Positions 1-13,137 of a stretch of DNA of 64,000 nucleotides are shown here, piece by piece; the stretch's first letter is position 1; every line of letters begins with the position of its first letter. The notes under the pieces are model-generated. The model was not told the DNA's origin. It was given only the letters and a program-made list of their open reading frames with translations, and ran no database searches. Source of the stretch: Octopus sinensis. Its lineage: Eukaryota. Made by a program: the position numbers and the translations under genes. The stretch is from contig NC_042999.1 in assembly GCF_006345805.1 (NCBI RefSeq), positions 101,246,001 to 101,310,000 on the forward strand. Direction: 5' to 3'.

Positions 1-1561
1 TTTAGTTTAACACAACCAAGAAAATAATAAACCTTAGCAAAAGCAATAAACAAAATAGCCTTTCATTATTGACTTTTAAATTATTTCCTTCCAAAATTGC
101 ATGAAAGAATCTAATAACATGAAAATACATGATGAAAAATCCATACCTGAATGAGTCAATTAATAAAATGAGAGAATCTTTCTCATGGTGTATGCTTTGT
201 GTATCATGAGTTTAATATCATCTAACACTGATTTTCATCAAAAGATAATGTGGACCCAATAGTAACATAGACTAAAATGACTGAAAGGATGTGGTTTGGG
301 ACAGGACCTGAGTAATTTGATTGTCTTGTGAACTGAGGCAATGTAGAGTGTAATATTCAGTCCAGATATACAACCAGATGTCAGTCAAGCCAATGAGAAA
401 GAATCTAAATGATTGCTAGATCTGCTAAAAATCGTAACCAAATATCATTCAACTAACACTCTTCTATCTTAATAAAAGTTAAAACATTTAAAACATGAGT
501 CAACACAGTCCTAGATATATCAAAAGACATGTTGGTCATAATTAGAATTCCTTGCTTGGTCTGGAATGACTTGAGACTTCACAACAACTGCAAAACATGC
601 CAGTAATTCAGTTTTATAACCCATGAAGTAGAGTGAAATACATTAACCTGGCACCTCACACTCATAAGTAAAAGAACTCTTGTAAATTAATGCCATAATA
701 AAATGCACCTTGTAAATTATATATAGGCTGGTATTATGAAGGGTGTCCAGAACAGTAATAAACAAGTGAAAGATGAATATATAGTATCTGTGTGTATTTG
801 GCTAGGAAAAAGTTTTTTTTAAATGACCATCCTGAAATATAACAATCTCTGTTTCAACACATGACTTCACATCAGGAATCTTGCAAAACAAATTCATAAA
901 CATAAAATTTTCCAGTTCAAATACCTCTAAAGAAATTATGCAGGTCAGATCATGATTTTAATATAGTGGGGTTTCATTCAGAATTCATACAATTAGAATT
1001 TTATCAATCAAAGTGTTTATTTTTCTGTAGGTAATAAGAATTAATTGCCTGGTTGTGTATGTTGAGCAGTAAGTGAAGAAGGGCTAAATAATACACTGGA
1101 GAACATACAAATTAATTCTTTTAAAGAATGGTCATTTTAATATTTCTCTAAAATGAATTTAGAATCTGATTTATTTGTGGTGTGTTCCTTTTAAGAGAAA
1201 ACACCACAAGTAAATGAGGCCCAACTTGATTGAAATTATGATCCTTTGGTTGTCACACCTGAATATTCTCTCTCAAAATTATGATAGTAATACTATTTTA
1301 GAACAAAACTGAATCTACTTTTTTTTAATAGAATTAAATAATTCACATGTTCCACAGTGTTACGCAAATTGTTTTCCCATATAATAACAGAAAAAAACAT
1401 ACTGCAGAAGATCAAGAAAATCTACAAAGTACTGATTACAAAAAAGCAAAGACTCTAAAATTATAAGAAAAGGAGTAAGGGGCAATAGGATGCATGGGAT
1501 ATACATATTTTTTCTTCTTAAGGGACTAGCACTGCTAGTGAAGAACACTTCATCTGGATGT

Positions 1562-1771
1562 CAAATTTTGGTTCAAGCTCAGCAATTTCAGGGAAGGAGG
1601 TAAGTCAATTACATCAAACCCACTAATCAACTGGTACCTATTTTATTAACCCTGAAAGGATGAAATGCAAAGCTGACCATAGCAGAATTTGAACTCAGCA
1701 CATGAAGACAGATGAAATGCCACTAAATATTTTGCTCAGCATGTTAACAATTTTACCAGCTCATTGCCTTA
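1562..1771 (-). mobile_element. SINE family A copy
   Basis: Reverse complement of the family A head, core and GGCC...CCAAAATTTGA tail. Confidence 0.8.
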
Positions 1772-2834
1772 AGAACACTTATTATTTTATTATTCATTAT
1801 TAGTGCTGTCATCTTTACTTATGCCACAGTCTTGGCATTGATGTCTGTTAATTCCCCTTCAACAGTAGTTATCCAATGTAAGGTTAAAAAACTTTTGCTA
1901 TTGACTAAAAGCAAAGACAATACAAATAGTAGTGTCAATGATCTCAACCAAGTTATTCAAAACGGTAATTTTTATCAAATACAATATTCTTGACAATGAA
2001 TGAGAATAGAGCAGAGGATTAACTTTGTTGATGATGATATTTTCATGATGGTGATATTTGGTGACAACAGAAATTATGTTAATGTATTTTAATTTAATTA
2101 AATCATTGATGATAAATTCAAAAGACTGATCTTCTATTTTATTCTTTACAAATCAGATACACACATTATTTAAGAAATTAAGTGTTTACTTCAAATCTAC
2201 TACTTCAACAAGAAAGCTGTCTGAATCCTAATTGAAATTGACCACTCATGTATCACTTGAAAATTAGTTATGGATAGTGTCAAGGGCTTCAGGATATTAT
2301 TTAAACTATTCTATATAAACATGAATCACAGCTAGTCTTCTGTATTTAAAATTAAATCTCACTTTAGACAATCTAATCTTTGTGTTTCCATTATATTCAT
2401 AATTTTCCCACTTTGACTTTTACACATCTATGTTCAAAAATCAGTGTTTTATTTTAGCATTATCTAACTTATGTGGCTCAGAAAGACTTTGATGAAAGTG
2501 AGACTATTATCCTAAATAATAGTAAAGCTTGTGACAGGCCTGATAGTCTATTGAGAAAACTTTTTACATGGAACTAAAACTGATCTTTTCTGTCAGAAAG
2601 TGTCTTATTTGCTATTCCATGTTTGTGTTGATTACACTTTTATTAATATCTATATCTGCATTTCTTTTTAGTCTGAAATAGTTTGCTTCTTTTTATGACT
2701 GAACTTCTTCCTACCACTTGCAACTCTATCAGACACTAATAACATTACCTTATAACTCACTCTATCCTTTCTGTCCCATACAGTGTCAGTATCTTAGGGA
2801 TTCCTGAATATCAACAGTGTTATGTATTAATCAC

Positions 2835-3164
2835 CATCATCATTTAATGTCCATTTTCCAGACTAGCATGCATCGGACGGTTTGATTGGAGCTGTCCGCT
2901 TTCACATAGTTTCTGGATCTGGATGCCTTACCCAATGCCGATAAATTATAGAGTGTATTGCAAAGAATACTCACTTTCATCATGTGGCACCAGCACTAGC
3001 GAGGTCACTGAGTAACTTGCAAGACAAGACCCCTTGACTGAGGGTGGGGGAGTATTACTGGGGGAGGTGGCTTTATGTTAAAATACAGGAAATGTTAAAC
3101 ATATACTTGGTCCAACCCATGCTAGCATGGAGAACGGACGCTAAATGATGATGATGATGATGAT
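2835..3164. mobile_element. Double-tailed RTE-derived element with inverted (CAT)n/(ATG)n ends
   Basis: Left arm CATCATCATTTAATGTCCATTTTCCAGACTAGCATG; right arm CCCATGCTAGCATGGAGAACGGACGCTAAATGATGATG. Confidence 0.75.
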
Positions 3165-4188
3165 ACTTGAATGGACATAAAAATCTTACCAGCCTAGGTG
3201 AGCCTGCAAAGGCTTTGAATGCTGCCTTTCTTTCTAGGATTACAGACTATTACATGAGCTATAAGATCACCTAAGGTACAGAAAATAACATGCGAACGAG
3301 AATTTAAAAAATTAAAGAAATTATTATTAAAACCTGCTATAAATCAAAATATTCTACATTAAAGAACAAATAAAACAAAAATTTAAGTTAATCTTAATTA
3401 TTTTAATTCTGAACTAAATTGTCAGCAATGAAAGTATTTAAATAAATCAACAATCTATGAAATTGGTTTAGTATTTTTTAAACAGAATGCTTAGATTTTC
3501 TAAACAAAAATTAAAGTGAATAAAATATGAGCTACCCACTTTTTGTTCACTTAAAGTTCACTTTACATATCTAACAAAACATTCTAGTCTGCTCAATCAA
3601 GGCTGACTTAGGCTTAAATAATAACAATAACCAAAACATTTTGTTTAAAGAAATTAAACACCTATTTAAAGTTCAATTACAGTTTAAGCATCATTAAAAA
3701 AGAAATAAAATCTAGATTATATCTGTAAACTATTTAAAGAATGAGTGTCTCAAACCAAAATGTTTTTACAAGTTTTAGCCATCAATAAAACAAAATAGGA
3801 GATATTAATTCATGAATAAAAATTAGTTAACGTTTTTTTATTAGTTTTTACATTCATTTTCCATGGTTGGGTGAGTGGAATGGTTTATTTGAAGGAACAT
3901 TTGTTTTTCACAGCTGGATACCCTTCCTACTGCTAACCAATTACTCATGAAATAAAGAGCAAGGCTTGTTCTTTTTGTTCTGTCAGATAAAACTGAAACA
4001 AGCAGAGTTAACTGATTTGCTGAAGGGCACATGACAATAACAATAGAACCATTAGAATTTATAACTATATACTCCAAAGTCCAGCACATTAATCTTCTCA
4101 TCCATGAATTCCTCAACAAACCAAATTATTTACATAGAATATTTCCAATTATCAGAAAGAATCCGTAGAAAGCAACAACAGACAAAAG

Positions 4189-4224
<36 letters not shown>

Positions 4225-4229
4225 ACATA

Positions 4230-5470
4230 CAGGGGTTGGAGAAAATAATGGAAACACCTCTAGCATCATAGCATCCTAATTTTGAAATATCCATAAAACC
4301 ATCAAAAGCTGGTTTATTTTTATGTTTTATGATTTATTATTAGTGTTGCTTAATATGTTTTTGCTAAAATTGCTGTTTCTTTTCAGATAATATCAGAAAA
4401 AGGTAATTAAAATTCATTGAAGTGACAAATCTATCAGACTTTCAAAGTGGTCAAATTGTTGGTGCTCATATGGCAGGCACTAGTGTAATGAAAACAGCCA
4501 AAATGTTTGGTGTACCAAGAAGCACTGTTTCGAAAGTAATGAGAGTTTTTGAGAAAGAGGGGAAAGCCTCCTCATCAAAACAAAACTCCACAAGAAAACC
4601 AAAACTTTTAGATAGGGACCATCAGACTCTTACATGAATTGTTAGAAAGGATCACAAAAGTACAGCTCCCAAAATTACTGTAGAGTTTAATGACCACCTT
4701 GAGAACCCAGTTTCAACAAAAACTGTTCACCGGAAGCTGTACAAAGCTAAATTTCATGGGAGGGTTGCTCTCAGAAAACCACTACTTTCAAAAACAAACG
4801 TTGCAAAGCATTTAGAGTGGAGTAAAAACCTACAGAATTGGTCTCTAGAGCAGTGGAAGAATGTTATTTTCTCGGATGAGTCATCCTTTACCATATTTCC
4901 AACTACCAGCCAAGTATACGTGTGGGGACAGCCAAAAGAAGCATTTGACCCAGACTTCCTTCTTCCAACTGTTAAACATGAAAGAGGATCTGTGATGATC
5001 TGGGGAGACTATATCTTGGAAATTTGCCAGCCCAATGGTTTCCCTTCATGGCAGAATTAATAGTCAAGACTATTTAAGCATTTTATCTGATCAAATTCAT
5101 CCTATGGTTGTGGAACTGTTTCCAGAGGGAAACGCAATCTTTCAGGATGATAATGCACCAATTCACACAGCTAAAGTTGTTACTGAATGGCACAAGGAAC
5201 ATTCTAGTGAAGTTGAACATCTTATCTGGTGACCACAGTCCCCAGATCTCAATATTATTGAACATTTATGGTGCATTTTAGAAAAACAAGTACTGGAGAT
5301 TGTTTTAACTGAACAATGGACAAAAATTCCTTTGGAAATAATTCAAACTTTGTATGAGTTCATACCTTGTAGAATTCAAGCTGTAATTACTGCCAAAGGC
5401 GGTCCTACCCCATATTAAAATAAACATGTCTGAAATTTTAAGGTGTTTCCATTATTTTGTCCAACCCCTA
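4230..5470 (+). mobile_element. Tc1-like DNA transposon, DD36E (Incomer-type), full length 1241 bp, transposase inactivated
   Basis: TA at 4228-4229 and 5471-5472. 30-bp TIRs CAGGGGTTGGAGAAAATAATGGAAACACCT / AGGTGTTTCCATTATTTTGTCCAACCCCTA. Transposase remnant 4422-5418 has VIFSDESSF, QDDNAPIH...SPDLNIIE (D codon 5149, E codon 5260, 36 residues apart) and ends GGPTPY*. Internal stops, a frameshift and an apparent short deletion after EKQV. Confidence 0.95.
4422..5418 (+). pseudogene. Tc1 DD36E transposase pseudogene
   Basis: ORF-track pieces 4422-4637 and 5035-5232 join through in-frame stops (TGA after QTLT, TGA at 5230) and one frameshift into a paired-like HTH plus DDE domain. Confidence 0.93.
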
Positions 5471-6324
5471 TACATATGCACAGGCATGACCATTGGCCAT
5501 AAAGCTCTCTTCTTAGCCATTCGGCTTCTGGTTCAGTTTTACAACACATCATCTTAGTTAAGTGCCATCTATTCTAGCCCCAGGGAATTTGTTTGATGGA
5601 AACTCTCTCTCTCTCTCTCTTTCTCTGTGTGCAGGTGTGTGCATCTGCATGTGAGTGTGTGTATGTAAATGTTTATTAGCAACACTGAGCTATGGCTACA
5701 GATGGTGATGTCAACATTTGCAACTCTGCTACAAACAATAACCCCACCATTTGTGACTAGGTTGAAATTGTCTATATTTCTTGGCAACAAATTATCCATA
5801 GATTTGTACTTTTGAATTTCTCCACAAAAAAAATATCCCTCACTTGAAAAACAATTAAGGATTGTTGGCAGGGAGAGTTCCCAACAGTAAAATCCTGCTT
5901 CAAATAACTCACCTGTCAAAGTATGCTAGCATAGAAAAACAGACATTAAACAAACAAATGAGAGAAATCTTTAAAATAGGAAAAGCAAACAACCTCAGAT
6001 TATCAAAGCTAGTAATAATAATTTAAAGTCTGTATACATGTTGAACTTACACAGCAACATTAATACAATAATACTATTTTGATGAAATTCATATTATAGA
6101 TTATTATACAAAACAAAAATTTAAAGAGTGGAAACTGATTTCTGTACATGCACACATGCTTACACATATATAAAAATATATTCTGTGGCAAAGATTGGCA
6201 TAAAAAGGTATATAAAATGTTCAAGTATAATTGATATTTCTAAGTTCTATTTATAAAATGTGTATATGGGTGTGTGATTGGAGCAAGGATGTTATCATAT
6301 AATGTGACTGAAACAAACCCAGAA

Positions 6325-6491
6325 AGTTCAGGGGAAAGGCTAAGTCAGTTTCATTGATCCAAGTACTCAGCTGGTTCTTATTTTATCAACCCTGAAAGGA
6401 ATGAAAGCAAAGTTGACCTCAGAACATGAAGATAGATCAAATGCTAAGCATTTTGTCCAGCATGCTAATGATTCTGCCAGCTTGCTACCTT
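6325..6491 (-). mobile_element. SINE family A copy
   Basis: TTTTATCAACCCTGAAAGGAATGAAAGCAAAGTTGACC ... GATTCTGCCAGCTTGCTACC. Confidence 0.8.
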
Positions 6492-6497
6492 ATTATC

Positions 6498-6605
<108 letters not shown>

Positions 6606-9127
6606 TTTAGATGTATGCATATGTATACTTTTTTGCATGTGCTTTTCTTATCCATGTGCATCTATAATCATCTTCACTATTACATCAATTGAATGTATTC
6701 TGTAAATTGCAAGCTAGTCAAAAGAATGTCAGTCTTTAATCCATCAATATAATTAACCAGGCTCTTCATCAATGCAATTACGTGAAATTCAGAACACTGC
6801 TAATCACTAATTCATATTACAATAAAACTAACAATAGGAGTGATAAATTTGCAATTACAGTAACATAAAGTAAAACAGAAAGTTAATTATTCACTTACAA
6901 TGTAAGATTATGATAAATGTTCACCAACATTAAATCAAAATGACTTCATTTGTAAAGAAGTGGAGAATATAGTTAATGCAGCAGAATCATTATGTGACAG
7001 GTACTTAATTTATTTCATCAAACTCAAGTAGAATGGAAATCAAAAGCAAGACCATTAGGCTTTTAAACCAAGAACTTCATTGTAAGGAACATGATATCAC
7101 AAGACCCCTTGTCAGGTTTTATAGTAAAGTTGCCAAAAATGTTAGCCTCAACTTCACAAAACACACAGCTTTCTTCACTTTCTTTATATTACCACAGCTA
7201 CAGCACCCTCTACTCCTCTCAATTAGCTAGTTTCATACTACGTCAACTCAAGCCTATTCAAAAATTCATCTTTTTTCTATTAGAGTAACCCATCCCTCAA
7301 ATCACAGATTAACTATTACTTCCATTCTTTCTTCCTAAGAACATCAGTCCTCCAGAATTCCCATTCCACACACATTTTTCCCTGCAGAAATCACCAGTTT
7401 CAGAAGACCTGCAAAAATTATGTCCAAAGCTTCTTCCAGACTACACCATAAAACAAAGAGAAACAGTTCTACAGCCACTGTGTTGTGTGTTCCTCAACAA
7501 TGCACATAATTCAGCTTGAGCCACAGATTTAAACCAGGTTTCACTCTTACTTTACAGCTTATTATTTAGAATTAAGAAGGGTATCCAATGTAAACACAGA
7601 TCCAACTATAAAAACAAGTGTAAAGCCAGCCCAGATGTACAAGTATAAAAAAAAAAAGATTTAAAACAATAAACAATAGAAATGACGAATAACTTCAATG
7701 AGCCTAAAGGTATTTTTTCCCATATGTTGATGAATTTTCAATATTTTCAAGCTTGTCTAATTTCCATTATTTCTGATCAAGATTTTGTCACTTAGTGTAG
7801 ACAGTATGCTATAATTAATATTAATGATATCAGCACTACAAATATCACAATTATCATTAACAGTATTGTCATAACAACCATAATTTATTTCATCAACCTT
7901 ACTTGTCCTAGTTCATGGAGAAACAATACAATTAATAAAACTCAAACAGTGATTGTATTTCTCTCAATCAGCAGCAACTCATAATCTTTATTTGAGATAC
8001 ACTTCTCCATTTTCTATAGGCAATAATAGTGCAGCCAGTACATACTTTGATGTCACAAAAGAAATAGGATATAGCAAAAACAACAAAATGCACTCTTTGA
8101 TTTATATAATTGAATGAGTCATGGTGTATTACATAATTTAACCAGAATATTCTATTAGCTCTATAGTACTTCAAAGCAATATTAATTGTACTAACACCTC
8201 ACAAGCCTCCCTTATAAACCATATAAAAACAGCCTTTAAAGATATCTCAGATATTGAAAAATAAATTACATCTTCTAAATTAAAGTTAAAGGATCAGAAA
8301 AATATGAATATAGAGTTGAAATCCAAATTTTCATTGCTCATTAGTGCCCATTATTTTTAATGAAAATTTCGACATAAATCATTATTTTAATAATAATTTA
8401 AATGATTTGTTAGCGACATATTGAGTGAGAAATCAGTATGGACTGGAAATTTCCCCATCCTCACCACATCAAGAACTGCATGTCAATGATAAATCCTATT
8501 CTATTTCATGCAATTTTGATATTAATAAATTCAATCCTGATATTTTACTCCATTTCATAATCCACCAAAACAATCACAAGCATAAATTAAGCATTTTTCT
8601 GTTGCTAGGAAACACATTGCTTGTCTATTATATTTAGCTATTTTGTAAAACAGTTACTTTTCAAAACTAAAGCTATGGTTGTTAAAATATGCTTAGTTCT
8701 GAATTTGTAAAACATGGAATGAAAGAAAAAAAAGAACTCATCTTATGAAAACAGTGGGTGTAAAATAAAAGAGGTAAAAAAAAATGCAGTTAATATTTAA
8801 ATTTCAAGAAACAACAAAGAACAGAGTTGATGCATCAGACTCTAGCCATTTTTAACATCAAATTAATAAAAAAAAAACATAGTCAGATGTCAAAAATTTA
8901 TAACGTTATTTTAACCAAATTCTTTTCTGTCAATACTTCGATGGCCACTGCTTCTTGTAACTAGCTGGTCTCAAGATATTTTCACTCAGGCACTCCCAAC
9001 TCATCTTTCTTCTCATTATCCATGCTGAGTTCAATCCCTAGGCTGTTCATACAGTCCTTCCTCCCAAGAACTGAGGCCTTCTAGAATTGCCTGCCTGCAC
9101 TTGTCTTTTATGTTGTCATCAACTTAC

Positions 9128-9217
9128 AGCAGTTTAAGTAGAGCTTTGACAATATCAATGTCAGAGATTTAGAGAACCTATGAAGGCTATGGGCACTGCT
9201 CCTTCCTCCAGACATAG
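9128..9217 (-). other. Candidate 90-nt exon (unverified)
   Basis: Acceptor GATTTGATTTTTTCAG and donor GCT|GTAAGT. One open frame, MSGGRSSAHSLHRFSKSLTLILSKLYLNC, with no recognised homology. Confidence 0.25.
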
Positions 9218-10664
9218 CTGAAAAAATCAAATCTTATTTACAACTATCCATACAAATTATCAGTAGCTAGAGGTAATCAAAACAGCCTAACAACACACGT
9301 GCTTTTCTCTGCACTATCTACTCCTTCCTCTTTTTCCTCATCTCTGAACTTTCTTCCAGTATCTAACAAAGAGCCATGCTCGAAATGTCATATTTTTACA
9401 CCTATTTTTCCATCAGATACTTTCACTGAGTGTTTCAGTTTTATCTTCACTGTGTACACTCATTTGATCTTGCTGCTATTTTTTGTATTTTCTGTTCTTG
9501 AATTTACCTAAATTATATATTGCTTGAGTTTTTGCTTGTTTCTTTTGTCTCTGAAAATTATTTTCTAAGGTTATAAAATTATTTCTGCTAAAGATATATT
9601 GTAGATCAAGTTAATAGTGGTGAACATAGTATAGATATGTTACTATTTAGAACAAACCCTGTTAACTAAAAGGTAAATATATGCACTGCCAGTGTAGTGT
9701 AAGTCTATCAGCAAGATCCAGCAACAAAATTCCACCTTGTCCAAGCATTATATTTTGAAAAATATCATAAATTATCTCAGGGGAAAGATCAGTTATCAAG
9801 ACTGCCTCTTAAGGAGGCCTATCAAAAATAAGGGGATAGGGAATAGAGGGAAAATATCAAGGTATGATAAATCATCTACTTTTACTGTATACTGCCTCAG
9901 ATCAAAATCTTGTTCCACTGTATGTGGTTGTTGTTGTTGTTATTGTTGAATATGACTTCCATTATTAGTCAGTGTAGGAATAGTAGTAACTATAATGTTT
10001 GCAAGCCCTTCCAGCCTGGAGAGTCTGAAGTGATTGAATTCAGTTTGAACACATGTAGACTGATGTTTGCAGACAAAATATGACCAAGAAGAATTATAGA
10101 ATGGTGAGGTAAATTGTTTGGTGCCAGACAGAGACAAAGGGCAAAACACAATAGGAATGATGAAAGACAAGGTGAATGTGTAAGATGAACATGGGTAGAA
10201 TGTATGTGCAGCTAGTAAGTTTAGAAGAACAAAAGTAGTTGTAGTAGAAGAGGCACTGAGAAGAAAAAGCATATCTGTGAGTTTGTAGTTGTAGCACATT
10301 TGTAACTGTGTGTTTTTACTAATCAGCTAGACTGGCTCCTTTTGAATGTAGTTTAGGACATTTGTGTGTATAACAGCAGTAGCACAGTCTTAGATATGTG
10401 AGCATAACTCCAATTTGTGTCATATTTCAGCTTTGTAGAGGATCAGCAACTGATCGGGAACATGTTAATAGATATTTACATTTCTCTTTTTCAACTTTGT
10501 ACAGCTCTTCCAAGAAAATGTTCAAAACGAAAAAAAATTCAAAAGCTTCTTTGATAAAGCATGCTATAAATTGCATCAACATTTTTTTTTTTAAATAATA
10601 TATAGAATTTCACCTGGAACTAATAAAAATATTTAAAACAAAACAGAATTAAATGTTTACTTAC

Positions 10665-10760
10665 AATTTCTTAAATACTAGAAGAAACCAGGATTCTGAT
10701 AATAACAAAAGATATTTTCTTACCTGCAAAAATTAAACAAAAATAATATGTAGTTAGCTT
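10665..10760 (-). other. Candidate recursive splice site plus 59-nt RS-exon
   Basis: CTAAC branch-like motif, T-rich tract and TGCAG|GTAAGA at 10724/10723; second donor ATT|GTAAGT at 10665/10664. Confidence 0.35.
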
Positions 10761-12764
10761 TGATAAGAACTATGAAAATAATTATTTTATATTTACATGT
10801 AATTAAAAAAATTACTTCTTTTGATGTCATTTGACAATAATAATGATAATGATTTCTCTAATAAACTAGATTAAACACTAATTCATATTTACAATCATAA
10901 CAACGTATCAGTTCATTCAGAAGACATACACGAATCACCTACCTTATCCAATTAAACATCAAAATGAAAGTGAAATTGGCTTGATCAAAAAAGAAATTTT
11001 TTTAATTCTATAAATTGCATATAAAAATGGACATAAATAGCAAAAAAAAAGCATTAGGTGGTAGTAGAATCTAAAATCTATAAAAAGTAATGACATCCAG
11101 AAATATGTCCTTTGAACAACTCTAATTTAATGATATTTTGATAAATTAACGATATAGACTAAATGTTAGAGTAGTAATTTTACACTCTTGTTTTTCATGA
11201 ACTAATAACCTTATCACATTTTTGAACAAACTGATAAATTTTCTTGAAAACCGTTTACATTAATCAGGGAAGCGTTCAAATATTATGGTCTCAGTTTACC
11301 TTACTGCTAAAATTTCATTTTAATAACAATCTATTAACTTCTCACTCAAACTGAAAATAATACAACACTTCAGAAAACACTCGAAGCATATTTTTCTACA
11401 ACACAAAATAAAGATTTTATCCAAATATTAGCAACACTAAGCCAAACAAATACTTCCTGCACCATTATAATCAAGGAGAATATCCACTAGCTATAGAGCT
11501 AAACTAGTTTCTTTTTTCCTATGATACAAAAGTGAATTGAAATAATTCTCTTGAAAATAAGTTTGTGTGAGGGAGGGCAATACAATAAGTTTATTTGTTT
11601 TAGTCTTGGTAAAGGAGTTATGCTAAGAGTCATCTGAGAAGATGAATGATATTGGCCATTTAATTGAATGTAATCTGAAATATAATTTTCTATAAAAGAA
11701 GCAAGAGAAGTTTTCTCTTCATGAATTTGTAGAGACATTGACATAACTGATAAAATATTTTTAATTCAAATCCAATGAGATTTCCCTCAGAGCTCCCAAA
11801 AGGTGAGATCTTGTGTTTTGTTTTTTAGGTTTTTGTTGGTTTTTTTTTTCAAACAGGAAGATGTTCATGTTCTTAGGAAGGAAAATAGAGAATAATGGAA
11901 TAATGCAATGTCAGTGTCATCATTATGAGTTGTTTTCTCAAATGGTAGCATGGGTTGGATAGATCTGTAGTATTGCACAATGGCAATTTGCTACTTCTCT
12001 CAGTCATGAAGTTATGTGTGACTTATTTGTGTCAATCAGAAGTACTTAGCATTGATTTCTAATCTTGGTATGAGGCTACAAATGTGAAACAAAGGAAGTA
12101 ATTGATTTAATCAACTCCAATACATATACTACATAAATAGTATATGTTTTATTGACCTCAAAAGACCGAATGGCAAAGCCAACTTTAGAGGGATAGGAAC
12201 TCAGAACATAGAGAAATGTAACTAAATAATACTGCTCTGGTCATATTTAACAGCTACTAAACAAAAAGAAATATGATGTGATGATCATAAAATAGTATTC
12301 CTACAACAACAAACCTTTAATGGACATACACACAGATGAAAATAAGTTTGATTTACAAAGCATTTGTAGTACAATTATATCTTGTGACTGATTACTCAGT
12401 GACACATGCTAAGAAGAAATGAAAGTCAACCACCCAACATTCTTCTGAGAACCATAACTTCATCACTGAAGACTAGACTTGCATTAAAGAGTCACAAATG
12501 TTCTGCTACAGTTAGCATCTTAAAAAGTTTATGTATGTATATATATTATAATACTATTAAAGAAATAAAAAAAGTTATTAATTGTAAATATATGTAAGTA
12601 AACTATGTGTAAATTTAAAACAGCTGGTGTACACACAAGTTCAACTCCACTACTACAACCACCACTACCACTAAAAAATGCTCAACTCATGAGAAGCAGC
12701 TTTTTCATCAGCAAGATGGCAAATCCACAAGCGTGACATTGTGACTTGCACTACATATACACAC

Positions 12765-12893
12765 ATACTCACACTTACATACATTCATATCCACATACAT
12801 ACATTCATATTTGCATACATACATATATACACACAGACACATACATCCATACATACTACATACAAACCTACATACACATTACATCCATATATG

Positions 12894-12934
<41 letters not shown>

Positions 12935-13005
12935 CACAGACATATACTTACATATATATGTAAATACATACATGAATGTATGTATACATGCATGCAGATA
13001 TATAT
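12765..13005. repeat. TA/CA low-complexity tract
   Basis: Direct reading; explains ORFs 12741-13057. Similar tracts at 14465-14660, 51120-51500 and 59515-59770. Confidence 0.95.
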
Positions 13006-13137
13006 TTGTTTTGGAGTAACAATCGAGAAACATACTCAGTACAAATGTAGAATGTAATATTTAGAAGAGCCCAGCACTAACAGTCCACTGAATTAACTGA
13101 AATAAACAATGCATGTGTGCATGTGTTTGTGTGTGTA

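Noticed and set aside
1005-1040. Plus-strand TTTTTCTGTAG|GTAATA, and similar AG|GT sites at 26989, 20148(-), 50801(-)
   Set aside because: Weak donors, or located inside repeats; within chance expectation.
6905-7000. Protein-like frame DYDKCSPTLNQNDFICKEVENIVNAAESLCDR
   Set aside because: Weak AAG acceptor and GTACTT donor; no recognised homology.
12741-13057. ORFs rich in YI/HT/CV dipeptides (also 6401, 20588, 29068, 30556, 42658, 46494, 51124 and others)
   Set aside because: Translations of (TA)n, (CA)n and (GA)n microsatellites.
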